From positions 112,964,001-113,028,000 of the forward strand of contig OZ024742.1 in the NCBI GenBank assembly GCA_964016885.1: a stretch of DNA of 64,000 nucleotides. The letters run 5' to 3'. The DNA is from Eledone cirrhosa. Taxonomy: Eukaryota. Both the position numbers and the translations under genes were made by a program. Shown in pieces: positions 29,476 through 43,369 of the stretch (position 1 is its first letter; every line of letters starts with the position of its first letter). The notes beneath the pieces were generated by a model. The model had not been told where the DNA came from. It did no database searches and saw nothing but the letters and a program-made list of their open reading frames with translations.

Positions 29476-29562
29476 GGGTCCGTCGAGCTGCCGATTATTG
29501 AGTCGGGTAGGATCGATATAGATCGAACCTTGAGCTGATCAGTGGCGAAACGCGCGTCACCT
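29476..29562 (+). ncRNA. Decayed hammerhead ribozyme with 60-nt stem II insert
   Basis: gggt-ccgtcga(mutated core)-GCTGCCGATT..GATCAGTGGC-GAAA-CGCGCG-TC^acct, then AATAAA. Confidence 0.6.
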
Positions 29563-30719
29563 ATCAATAAATGCAATGAAGGAATAATCAATCGTCCTTT
29601 TTGTCCTTTCTCTCTCTCTCTATATATATATAAACGTACACTCACGTACATGCCTACATACATACGTAGAAACACATATACATACAATATATTCACACAC
29701 ACACGATAATAAACACAGGCACATATATGCAGTAGGGTTCCTGAAATTGCATAAAAACTGTTAGATATTTTATATATGAGACCTTTAAAAACAATATTTA
29801 CATATACATTCTGTGAGGTATGAGGGTTTAACATTTCCACAAAATAACATGAAATATGTTGCTGAAAACAGCGCTTCACGGAGTTCGACGTAGTCAGAAA
29901 AGACAGTAAAGCGATCATATCTTGAATATATGTAAAAAGTGATGCTACAACATATTTTGTAAAAGTAGTGTAATTATAAACAAAAAAATCAATGGAGTAT
30001 ACCATACCATAATTATTTATGATTACACAGTAATCTATCATAAATTTCAAATATACATATTATTGCTGCATTTGTACCTGTAACATGCCAATATCTGAAT
30101 GTTATGCAAACGAATACATTGTAACTTGGAACATGTATAATCACCCATCTATGTTATACTTAAGCAATGCTGAAACATGATTTTGTAATACATATTTGAT
30201 GCACCTAAGGCACGTTCGTAGAAAGAAAATACAAACAAAGTAAAATAAAATAACTAAATGTTAATGCTAGGGATGTATCAGTGCTGTGAAAATTAATATA
30301 AGTGTGGGGAGACGTGAGGAGTTGGAATTCGGTCAGGATATTTATTCGAATTCACATTCCCTTAGGACACATCTCATCACATTTCGTGGATCATATTCAC
30401 ATGATGAAGCATATAAATACCGACACAAATGGAACACACAAATACATACCTGAACGCACACACACACACACAACACACACACACACACAACACACACACA
30501 CACAACTCACACACACACATGTACACACACACACACACACATTCCACAAACACAGACACATATCACACATGTATATGTGTGTATGGGTATGGATGCGTGT
30601 GTCTGTGTATGTGAGTGAGAGTGTGTGTTTGTGTGTGTGCGCGCGTGTGCGTGTGTGTGTGCGTGTATGTGTTTGAGTGTTTGTGTGCGTGTGTGGATAC
30701 ATGGGTGAAAGTTTCTTTC

Positions 30720-30840
30720 ATAATTGTTTCTACTTTTGGCACACGGCCAGCAATTCACCAGTGCATTACTGGTACTTTATTTATCGACCCCGTAAGGATG
30801 AAAAGCAAAGTTAACCTCGGCGGGATTCGAACTCATAATG
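30720..30840 (-). mobile_element. SINE (same family as 6591-6785), 5'-truncated
   Basis: Reverse complement of gagttcgaatcccgccgaggttaactttgcttttcatccttacggggtcgataaaataaagtaccag. Confidence 0.85.
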
Positions 30841-32774
30841 TTAGTTAAATATGTATATTCAATGAATGTAAGAATGATACATTAATGAAAATCCACGTTC
30901 CAAATAAAATTAATAGTTAAAATCATTTATGAATGATTGAACAAAATAACGACGACGGTGTATAGTGCGTAGATAAAAAATGAATGACTCATGTTATGTG
31001 TTATTTATGGTTTGTTGATTAACTCCTCATCTGTTGTGGGCAAACTGACCAAAATACTTTTGGGATTGCAAAAGGTCTAATCATTGTGGGTGTGTGAAAA
31101 TTGAAGCAAATCTTTTTTTTTTGTGTTTGTTTGTTTGCACTCGAAGTAATATGCATTCATTCATTGTTGTAAATGTGTATTACACACTATACATTCTTGT
31201 ATAAGACACTAGCGTTTGATTTGATGGAAATTTGACTGAAATGAGTTGCAGGTTATGAAATGACATAGTAGGGCAGACATTAACTCGTAGAAGATGGCTT
31301 AGGGTGTAATTGGTGATATATAGAGTAACCTATACTCTCATTAACAGATATCATGTGCAATTTCAGCTATCTTAGAAATTCCAAATGTTTCCATAAACCA
31401 ATTCGTCGAGTTTCGTATTTAGGAAAATAGAATGTGATATAAAGATAATCTAAATAACTCATGTTTATCTTGTATTTTGGACTGCTACCCTTAATGAATC
31501 TATAAACTATATTAGTAATTTCATGACCTATGTTATAGAAAACAATAGATTCCTTACTAAACATGGATGTATTGGGGGATATAAATACTGGATATGACGA
31601 TGAAAGAAATCCTCACCGAAAGAATAATATATATGTGTAAGATACGTTGTAATTTGTGGAATATGTTTTTACTGATTCATTTTTCGGGTTTGTAACCACA
31701 TAGATATATCCATGTTAGCGATGGAGTAGAGATTATTGTTAAAAGATATGGTTCAATATATGTTAGAATAGAAGAAGTCAGGCATACAACAGTTCGTACG
31801 CTACATCGGCGCGCTAATACTTTCATAAATCATGCTCTGAAATATCAAACTAGGTAAACCATATAGTATTAAATTATACTTCTTAGTAATGGCAATGTTT
31901 ATATCTATTGCTGAATATCTGCGTTGCATTCCTGATGGATTTATTATTCCTCCTCTGCTCCCCCGAATTGTATTTCTGAGTCACGTTACAGAAATATATA
32001 TATTCCAGCTCTACGAACTTGTCTAGGACAACACAATTAGAATGTAGTAGGAATATCGTTTGTAATACATTTCTTATTAATGGTGCTACGATATGATGGT
32101 AAGCAGGGTTTCCATATTTTGTCTGGGACCTCCTTAGGGCGCCTGAAAATTAGCTACCGATACCCGCCGTATCGTTAGCTATCTTTAACATTGTAGTTTA
32201 TTTGGTTAACATTATTATGCACGACCTATTAATTATCCATTCGTATCTAAATATCAACATTACTCATTTTTTTTTATTGTTGCTCCCATAATATAACAAT
32301 CTGTGGGGGAGAATCAATTGTAGCGGTAGTGACTGATGGTAAAATTCCTTCACATAAATAGTGTTCTTCGTAGCCAGAATTTTTAAGATTACTGATATAA
32401 TAATACTGCTGGTACTATTCGAACGAACATGCATGTACATTGATTATTTCATAACGTTTAATGGTTGTTATAGAAAATCTATAGAGCGAACAAATATGTC
32501 GTATTGTATTGGTTTAATACATGCATATTAGAACAATATTATAGATCAATGAAGTGACATGTACAGCAGCTGGATTTGATTAGAAATGTAAACCGGCAGC
32601 TTAGTTCAGAAGAATGTATATCATTGTTGTAGCTGAAGAAGTAGATGACATGTTTAAAATGTCAGTTAAGTATTTTTTATAAACACGCGTCCAGCATTTC
32701 GTCGATCTCTATATAACAAACAAAGGAGACATAAAATAGCATTAAAACAAAACAAATATTATTGTAATGTCCAT

Positions 32775-32995
32775 AACGGCGGAGGATTTGGCAGTAACGG
32801 AAGGGCGTCGAACAAAATGCGTTGTGACATATTGTTACCTACCATTGCATTTTGAGTCCAAATCCCGCCGAGATTAACTTTTGCTTTTTCTGCTTACGGA
32901 GACAATAAAATAACCACGAATAGCGCACTGAGGTCGTTTTAATAGAATGTTTCCTTAAAATTATTGGTCTTGGATCAAATGTTGAAACGGTTATT
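32775..32995 (+). mobile_element. SINE (same family as 6591-6785), diverged
   Basis: ggcggaggatttggcagtaacgg..gagtccaaatcccgccgagattaactttt..ataaaata. Confidence 0.75.
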
Positions 32996-33649
32996 ATAAT
33001 TCCAATACTGATCCTATTAATATATCTCTATTGTGTCTATGTTGAGTTCATCTAGTACATTCTTAAACTATGGTCTTACACATTATAAATTCCAGCAGCT
33101 ATTAGCGAGCTCTTCCAGATAAACAAACATATAACTGTTGCATATAATTCTTAATATTACGCATTATGTTAAGTATTTAGATAAGAATATCGACTAGAAA
33201 AGTATCTCTTTTCAATAAAGAGAAGGAAAGAAAGGTGATAGTTATCCTTATATTTATGTAGTATGCTTTCAGATATCTCTGGAAATTCTATTCAAACAAA
33301 CATGAACACATTACAACAGAAAGGTGAGTGGCAAATACGAGGGTATTGAGATCCATTACAAAAGACTGGGCTGAAGGAAACAGGAAGAACCTCGATGCGA
33401 ATACCTTTCTTTGTTCATATGTGTAATATACGTTTTATTTCGAGACTTGTTAATGTTGCCTTTTGCATTTACGCTTCCGGAATGACTATATAGATATTTA
33501 TATATCTATATAAAAGAATATAGATATTTATGTATACCATTCCATGTATTCAATGCGTTTGATTGTATATTATAAATATGTATTATTTTGGTGACTGGTG
33601 CTTATAATACCAACAAAACAATATCTCTACTCATTATGAAGAGAGGAAG

Positions 33650-34230
33650 GGAACAAACCGAAGACATTTAAAACTGGAACATCACAACCCTTACAGGTAA
33701 CGAGTAGGAACTAGTTGTGGTAACGCGCTAGCTTCAGCATATGGTAAGAAGAAGAAAGTAAGTAGGTGTAAAAGCCAAACACATTATCTTCAATATGGTA
33801 TTCGTGCCAACCCTTACATGTGCGAATGAATATTGTGTAATGACGGAAAGAATACGATCGCGAATTCAATCTGCTGAAATGATATTCTTCCGCAGGGACA
33901 TTCAAGTAAAATTATACGATAGAGTGCGTAGCTCGGAGATCATAGAGTTGGTCAACGTAGACTCTCACTACCCCGAATTGAGAGAACACATCACGTTTAT
34001 TACAGAAATGAGATCAGAATGTCTCGGAGAATAATCGCTGAATAGATTTTACGAATAAAACTAACTGGCTGGAGAGCCAGCGGTAGACCTTGAGAAAAAT
34101 GATTGAATAAAATAATGAGCCCGGTTGGATCCTCTTGGCGATCAAGTCAGATCCATTGGAGAGGTTGTTTCTGAGAGGATGATAAGGCTGTACCCACGAA
34201 CATCCCATCAATAATTGGTCGAATGATAAT
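33650..34230 (+). mobile_element. RTE-clade (Expander/Rex3-like) LINE 3' fragment followed by (GAA)n
   Basis: PTLTCANEYCVMTERIRSRIQSAEMIFFRR..LYDRVRSSEI matches the RTE C-terminal pattern. Confidence 0.8.
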
Positions 34231-34234
34231 AATA

Positions 34235-34331
34235 AGAAGATGAAGATGAAGACAAAGAAGAAGAAGAAGAAGAAGAAGAAGAAGAAGAAGAAGAAGAAGA
34301 AGAAGAAGAAGAAGAAGAAGAAGAAGAAGAA
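34235..34331. repeat. (GAA)n trinucleotide repeat
   Basis: Direct reading. Confidence 0.95.
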
Positions 34332-34544
34332 CTATTAATCCTAGTTGCGTATAATGTCAATGGTAATCTTAACATTACATGGCACATCAACCAATTAATG
34401 TGTAATTATTATTTGAATGACTTTTGTAATTAATTTTATTACAAAACCAGCGTGGGTATATCATCTTGTATATTCATTTAAAGGACTGGCATCTGATATC
34501 AGGTAAATATATTATGGAACTTTATTTTTTGTGATTGTCCACAG

Positions 34545-34872
34545 CAGAGGTTCTTAAGCGTTTGGGGTCACCCAATCCGCTCACGGCCAAGTAAACCCCT
34601 TAGCGCCCCCACAAACCTATTTCCAGAGAGACCTACCTACACGCAAATTATAAATATTATATAATAATTAAAAACGCTAATTTATATATAAAAATAATAC
34701 AGTATATACTAGATTTAAATAAATTCATGATTTTAAAAATGTTATTATATTATGTTATGCCATTTGATATTTAACATACTATTATATCATCTCTAATGCC
34801 CCGTCCTTCACCGCCCCCTCAATTTCCCCAATGAGCCCCGGGAAACCGTAGCGCCTACTTTCAGAACCTCTG
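34545..34872. mobile_element. hAT (Charlie-like) MITE
   Basis: TIRs CAGAGGTTCT..AGAACCTCTG. 8-bp flanks gtccacag and ttctacag match at 6/8 positions (decayed TSD). Confidence 0.8.
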
Positions 34873-35027
34873 TTCTACAGTATCGCCAGACACATGGAGC
34901 CGTTGTTCATCCATTTACAATAAAGTTAAGACTATTTATACTACAAATTTCATAAAGTACAATTAACATGACATTGCTGTAAGAGCCACATGATTATTCA
35001 TATCTCATTATTTGCGTTGAATAATAA

Positions 35028-35228
35028 AGCAGTGGATTGACAGTAACGGTGGAGGGTTTGACGTCATGCTTTACACCATAGTATGAAGTCCCTTTAGGGT
35101 CTGAAGTCAAGTCCCTCTGAGGTTAACTTTGCGTTTCATAAAATGCACCAATATACGGTATCCATTTAATGAATCAATAATACACTGTGATAATTGCTGA
35201 CCTTGTGCCAAAAGCAGAAACAATTATT
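35028..35228 (+). mobile_element. Decayed SINE (same family as 6591-6785)
   Basis: gcagtggattgacagtaacgg..gaggttaactttgcgtttcat..ccttgtgccaaaagcagaaacaattatt. Confidence 0.65.
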
Positions 35229-35811
35229 TACGTCTAAATCCAAACTCTGTCAGGATACAACTTCCGTTAGAAAACGTTGTAAAAATGGAGGATCAGACAT
35301 GACCGATCCAACCTATCATCAATAATATTAAATCTTATCCATATATTGTTAACACTTTTATTTTACAACATGTTTCATAACCCAATGTTTCCAATCATTT
35401 ATGAAATACATATTCTTTTGCCGATGATAATTTTAAAATTAATTGTACGAAAATAATTGAAGATCAAGAGCAACGGGATTGTGTAACGCATTTAACGCAA
35501 TCATTATCGCATCTATGATATGAGAAACTCTATATATTAGGAGTATTAGCTGGATACATATCCATTTATAAATATGTGCAATACTTAACAGTTTGTATTG
35601 GGAGGCAAACTGATTGTTGAATGCTGTATATCTGTAAAATGAGATTAGACATTTTCTCTAATAGTTGTATAGAAAGTAGACAACGAAATGAAGATGGAAG
35701 ATAAACAGGTATATATGAGATCCATAGCAACTGAAACATTAAAAACACTTTCTGAAAACATGTTGTGTGAAAGTTTTTTTTTTCAAGATAGCAGCCAAAA
35801 GGATATAGCGT

Positions 35812-36060
35812 ACAACGATGATAACGATGGTGATGATGATGATGATGATGATGACGATGGCGATGATGAGATGATGTTGAAGTTGAGTATGATGATGATA
35901 ATGGTGATGATGTAGATAGCAATTGCGGGGATGATGATGATGATGATCGGTGGTGGGTTTGACAATGAAGACGATGATGATATTAATCAGCCTTAATACC
36001 ATAATATCGCCAATAATGATGCTGATATCCCTAACATCAATGACGAGGAGCCTGAAAAAA
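35812..36060. repeat. Degenerate (GAT)n repeat
   Basis: Direct reading. Source of the poly-D/H/I ORFs. Confidence 0.9.
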
Positions 36061-36264
36061 TGACACGACATATAATGATAATATTATTCTATATAGAGAG
36101 TAATACATCTTATATTTTGAAAATACTCGATATTAAAAGAATTCAAGATACATTAAACAATATATTTTCAATATGTAGAAATTCGAATATATTAAATTTA
36201 GAGTAGATTAAGTGAAAGGATATAAGGATATTTTTAATAAACACATATACGTGTGGTTGTATGT

Positions 36265-36300
<36 letters not shown>

Positions 36301-36699
36301 CCGTGTGCGTGTGTCCATATGCGTGTTTGTTTGTTTGTGTGTGTGTGTATGTGTATATGTGTGTGTGTTTGTCCGTGTCCATGTGCGTGTGTGCCTGTGT
36401 TTGTGTATGTGTGTGTAACAGAGTGTTATATTTACTTTCACCAATTTCAAACCTTACAATTTTCGATTTTTCTTGTTCTAATACGAAAATATAGCTGGAA
36501 GCATGTAATTTATGAAATAAAAACCCCTGAGAGAATTGTTACAAGTTACCATCTGATATAACGTTTGAAAGTGTGTAAGGAGATATTAAAGTTAAAGCAA
36601 ATTGTTTTGATTAAACGAGGTGAGTGAGGACTTGACTAATGGAATTTTCACCATATACGTGCTTATCTCTACCTATACCTATATTAGTAGTTCCTGTAA

Positions 36700-36773
<74 letters not shown>

Positions 36774-36980
36774 GTATATATATATGTATGCATGTATGTA
36801 TATATATATACATACTACTGTACGTATGTATACATATATGTATGTACGTGTACATACTTATATTTAAGTAACGGCCGTACTAAGAGTGGGAAATGAAATT
36901 TCGTTTCATTTTTTCCGTTTATATATATATATTTATATATATATATTTAAAAGAATAGAGGTGTAACACACGATTTATGA

Positions 36981-37345
36981 TATATTGGTAAAAGGAAAAG
37001 AAAATGCTGACAAATTGTTCCCTCTTAAAATGATGCAGCTTGATAGGCAGTCTGTTTCATCTGCACGGTACAGGTACTAGTGTGGCCTACCTGGTAAGAT
37101 GTTCGACTTGTCACTAAATCTAAGCTGGGACAGCAGTAATCCACATCATGATCCGCAGCAGTAATCCACATCATGATCCGCATCATGATGTGGATTACTG
37201 CTGTCCCAGCTTAGATTTAGTGACAAGTCGAACATCTTACCAGGTAGGCCACGCTGGTACCTGTACCGTGCAGATGAAACAGACTGCCTATCAAGCTGCA
37301 TCATTTTAAGAGGGAACAATTTGTCAGCATTTTCTTTTCCTTTTA

Positions 37346-37353
<8 letters not shown>
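36981..37353. mobile_element. Near-perfect 373-bp palindrome (hairpin MITE)
   Basis: Arms of about 170 bp with two visible mismatches. A 25-bp tandem duplication cagcagtaatccacatcatgatccg lies at the axis. Confidence 0.92.
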
Positions 37354-37381
<28 letters not shown>

Positions 37382-37676
37382 TATATACATGCACACATAT
37401 ATACATACATACGCAATACATATATATATATATATATATGAACTCAGATGTATACATACGAATATATGGACGTACACTCATATGAATACAAACACACACA
37501 TAGTAATATGTCTTTTGTTGCAGGTTTTACTACAACAATTTCCAATTTGTCAAGCTATTTAAATGTATGTTGTTCCTCTAAGGACCTACCCTGATTGAGT
37601 GTTTTGCTAACTCATTCATATTGTAGGTCGACTTTGCTTGCTCACAGCCACACCTTCGCTTTTACTAAGCTTCCAC

Positions 37677-37794
<118 letters not shown>

Positions 37795-37807
37795 GATGAG
37801 CAGCCTA

Positions 37808-38965
<1,158 letters not shown>

Positions 38966-39301
38966 GTCATACAACCATCGTGAGTAAAAAAAATATAGAT
39001 TGAAGTGAGTAAATAATATGCAGAGAGATGTTTAAGTAAGAAGTTCTGAAAGAGGTCCTAATTTTACAGTTACACTATCTACATACTGAACGATGGTTGT
39101 CGTACAGTAGAACTGAGCGTATATTACAGTATTACGGGTAGTAGTCAATCGGGTACATAGTCGTAATTTCCTGCGCAGACCAGTGGGGGTGAATTGGTAC
39201 ACACAGGGGAACGGATGAAGAACCCAAAAGCACATGCCTCGTCCGTTCCCATGTCGATTCAATTTGGATTGCCTCGGAAACATAACCTTATTATGTAACA
39301 A

Positions 39302-39375
39302 GCTGTCTGACGATGTCGCAAAACTGGCGCACAGAACAGTGTGGCCACTTTCGACATTAAAATATATATCACAGC
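39302..39375 (+). ncRNA. Hammerhead ribozyme, 45-nt stem II insert, GAAA mutated to AAAA
   Basis: gctgt-CTGACGA-TGTCGcaaaacTGGC..GGCCActttCGACA-tt-AAAA-TATATA-TC^acagc. Confidence 0.75.
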
Positions 39376-40585
39376 ATTATTATTAAAGGACTTGAACATC
39401 TGAAACTACTTCGCTTTTCCTTATTCGATATTTACTCCGTCACTCCTATGTGGAATAATTACGTTGAGTGATTGATTTGAATTGCATCAATGTTTACCCT
39501 AAGAATTTAGCTCCAATTAGTTGAGCGCTCTATGATGTAACCAATATGGTGGAGAAGAGAGGAACCAACCATGAACAACACCTGGAAAATCCCTCTACCA
39601 TGGGATGGAAAACCCTGACACTGGACGGACATAATAATAACTTTCGGCAGGATAAATACGCAGAAACAAAAACAAAGATAAACCCCTATTTTTCTGCACC
39701 CAATCGCATTTGAACAGAAGCCCCCTCAATTCAAGTTGACAATAATAGGGATCATTTTGCATCTATGTACTCTGTGTTTTTGCATTCTTTCATTCATTTA
39801 TTCATTCATTCACTCATTCATTCATTCATTCTTTATATATGTTTTTGCTGGTTTTGTTCCATGTGATGGAAATTACGACTATGTACCCGATTGTCTACTA
39901 CCCGTAATACTGTAATTTACCCTCAGTTCTACTGTACGGCAACAATCGTTCAGTATGTGGATAGTGTAACTGTAAAATTAGGACCCCTTTCAGAACTTCT
40001 TACTTAAACATCTCTCTGCATATTATTTACTGACTTCAATCTATATTTTTTTACTCACCTGAATCCGGATTCTCACTTGTAAAATCTTTACTTTTTTAAT
40101 TTATAATTTCTGATACTTGATTTATGATTTTCGATTTTAAATTGCAATTTTTAGTTCTAATTTCACTTATAACTTCCAATATGAAACTATGATACATAGA
40201 ATTAAATATATCCTCTTAGGGGTTGATGATCAGTTATACTGTCCATGGTTAGTGAGGGGTAGTAAAGAGACCTGTAAATACTAACACTCTCCCATCCCCA
40301 CTGGCTTTCGGTTGACTGCCACAGACGGGATGGGTAGCAGTAAAGTATGGTGCAGGCTTGAATGGGTCATTGTCTGGCTGAGAGAGGGAACTGATTAAGC
40401 GAATTTCGTTTAAATCTGCGGTAGCTAACGGTCAACTTCCCCCTGGACCTGCGCTTGCGCAGACCAGTGGGGATGAATTGGTACACACAGGGGAACGGAT
40501 GAAGATCCCAAAAGCACATACTTCGTCCGTTCCCATGTCGATTCAAATTGGATTGCCTCGGAAACATAACCTTATTATGTAACAA

Positions 40586-40658
40586 GCTGTCTGACGATGT
40601 CGCGAAACTGGCGCACAGAACCGTTGGCCACTTTTGCCATTGAAATATATATCACAGC
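40586..40658 (+). ncRNA. Hammerhead ribozyme, intact core, 44-nt stem II insert
   Basis: gctgt-CTGACGA-..-GAAA-TATATA-TC^acagc. Perfect 5-bp stem I and palindromic stem III. Confidence 0.78.
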
Positions 40659-40795
40659 ATTATTATTAAAGGACTTGAACAACTGAAACTACTTCGCTTT
40701 TCCTTATTCGATATTTACTCCGACACTATATATATATATTTCGTTTCTGAATTTGTTTGGCAAGATTCTTTATCTGAAAACGTGTGTTGAAACCG

Positions 40796-40943
40796 ATATT
40801 GTTATGCTTTGGGAGGGTCATGTTGCCAACCAGCCAACCAGAAATTCATAAATTCTTAAATTTATGAATTTAATTTATAATAAATTGGAGTGAAAGCAAC
40901 TGGTGCGTGTGTTTCTTATTGGCAACATGACTCTCCCAAACAT

Positions 40944-40951
<8 letters not shown>
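40796..40951. repeat. Small inverted-repeat element (arms of about 33 bp)
   Basis: atattgttatgctttgggagggtcatgttgccaa pairs with ttggcaacatgactctcccaaacataacaatat. Confidence 0.75.
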
Positions 40952-40979
<28 letters not shown>

Positions 40980-41119
40980 TCGCAGTTCTTCTGCTTTTCA
41001 AAAGGTGAGTTGAGATGGAGGGTCTGTGGTTTTTCTCACATCATTATTTTTCATTTTGTAAAAAAAAACCTCACTTTCTAATATATATATATATATTTAA
41101 ATTTTGAAGACTGACACAA

Positions 41120-41368
41120 TACCTTAGCAAATTTAATGATCCCAAATATTTTCGGGTTTAAAAACTCATTATCAAAGGAATAATATTATGAGAGAATTAA
41201 AAGCGATCGGATAGACGTGTTTGTATGGCAGCAGATATGATTGAACAAATAAATCTGCTCCGATACAAAAATTCTATCCGATCGATTTTAAGTCCCCGAT
41301 AAGGTTATTCCCTTGATTATCGGTTTTTAAACCTGAACATATTTGGGTCCGTTATATTTGCTAAGGTA
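41120..41368. mobile_element. Imperfect hairpin MITE of about 250 bp
   Basis: taccttagcaaat/atttgctaaggta, cccaaatat/atatttggg, cgatcggataga/tctatccgatcg and gcagat/atctgc are nested pairs. Confidence 0.8.
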
Positions 41369-41777
41369 AGATCCTTTTGTTATATTGGTAATGTAACGTT
41401 CTTCAAACGCATTGTGTCAGTTTTCAGAATTTAAAATTCTGATTCTTACTGAACATTGCTTCAAGCACGCTACAAAATTCTATACACATATATACACTAA
41501 CACAAAAACACATATATACACATACACAAAACACACATATATACACTTATGCATACGCATACATCTACTAATGAATACATGCATATGTAAATTCATGTCT
41601 ATGTGTGTGTGTGCTTGTGAACTCAGACACAGAAACGTCCATATTTATTCATATACTACCTAACTTAGATTAAAGAAGCCATTTCTGATAATTTCAGAAG
41701 CATGCGCCATATCACCTGATTCCAAGATTCCAAATAATAAATTCCAGCATTTATTAACATTAAATAGGCATGTCGGT

Positions 41778-41829
<52 letters not shown>

Positions 41830-41830
<1 letters not shown>

Positions 41831-42651
41831 AAACTAAGATAAATTCAATGAATTTAATCCAAATGAAATTGTGAGTGTTATGCCATAACGGCGTGCGCCA
41901 TATCGCCTGGAAATAAGCTGAAAGATATGTCCGAGGATTTTATAATAACTAGAAATTGATTAACATATAAATATACATGAATAATCACAGGATTTTTACA
42001 AGCGTTTTTACAAGCGTTTAACCACGCATGGCTAGTTGGGTAATAAATAAATATATACCTTTAAGTATGATTAACCTTCCTTGTATATATCCCATTAAAG
42101 AAATATATTTCACCAATTAATCAGATGGTAAGTCACGGAAAGTGGATATTATTTGATTGTCAACAAGGAAAAATAATGTCCAGCGATCCATGCTCACACA
42201 GCGAGTTCAAATCCTCACCTGGCCGCTACCACGTGTTGTGTCTACACATCACAGCAGCTTCGTTTCAGTGGCGTGAATAGGTATTCAACAACTAGAAATA
42301 TCAATCAAATTCCCTTCAACAGAAATAGCTGTACAATTAAGGAGCCGTATTTATATATCTATATCCCAAATTAAGATAAATTAAATGAAATTAATCCAAA
42401 TCGAAATTGTGGGTGTCATGCCATCATGGCGTGCGCCATATCGCCTGGAAATAAGCTCAAAGATATGTCCGAACATTTTATAATAACTAGAAATTGATTA
42501 ACACATAAATATACATGAATAATCACAGGAGATAATTTTTACAAGCGTGTTAATTGGTGAAATATATTTATTTAATGGGATATATACAATGAAGGTTAAT
42601 CATACTTAAAGGTATATATTTATTTATTACCCAACTAGCCATGCGTGGTTA
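41830..42651. repeat. A-B-x-A'-inverted B arrangement abutting a PLE ORF
   Basis: A 41830-42010 matches A' 42366-42549. B 42019-42120 is inverted at 42551-42651. Confidence 0.85.
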
Positions 42652-43369
42652 CAACTTCTACCGAAAGGCAGCCTGCAAGGACCTCTTCGTTCACTACAAG
42701 CCCGCCCTCCCTAACAGTGCCAAAAGATGATACATCACGAACGAGATCGCGCGAATCAAAATCAGATGCAGCGATCCCATGAGTGGTGTCACACATACCA
42801 AGCGATTCCTCGAGGTGCTGGAGACGACCGGGTACCCTACCTCGCTCACAGACAGAGTAGGAGACACCAGACAGAAGAGACAGAGAGGTTCCCAAGGCAA
42901 GTGCTTGCTTAAAATGCCACACCTGGGCGAGAATACCACCAACGCTATCCGCATGGCTATACGAAGGGAGGGCGTCGACATCCTCCTGGCCCACTCGGGC
43001 CCCTCCCTGCGAAGATGCCTCTCCAGGAAACCCGGGAAATCAACTGACGCGTGCTTCCTCAGAGACTGCCCGATGCGACATCCGAACTGTTGCCTACGCA
43101 CATACGTCGTGTATGAGATAGAATGTAACAAGTGCAACCAATACTATATAGGTAGTACAATCCGGCCGTTGCACATCCGGATCAAGGAACACGCTAAAAC
43201 CAGGGCGTCGTCTTTCCGGAAACATATAGCCAAATGCAGAAACAAAGACGGAAGGCCCATTGTCACAATTTTAGCGACAGAAAGAAACGAGGGCACGTTA
43301 CGTATCAAGAAAGCACTTTGGATAAAACGCCTAGGGCCACAATTAAACAACCGATCCGAGAGAAGCTAA
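42648..43369 (+). pseudogene. PLE 3' fragment (RT thumb plus largely intact GIY-YIG endonuclease), distinct subfamily
   Basis: FYRKAACKDLFVHYKPALP, then C..CPM..NCCLRTYVVYEIECNKCNQYYIGSTIRPLHIRIKEH..LRIKKALWIKRLGPQLNNRSE. Confidence 0.9.

Larger units (their letters stand above)
38980..40725 (+). mobile_element. ORF-less PLE derivative: two direct HHR-bearing repeats 1284 bp apart plus an inverted 5' segment
   Basis: A 39172-39439 matches A' 40456-40721. B 38980-39171 is inverted at 39868-40058. Confidence 0.85.

Noticed and set aside
29460-30050. 196-aa minus-strand ORF
   Set aside because: It spans a microsatellite and the antisense of an HHR remnant, has low-complexity AT-rich composition and shows no recognisable domain.
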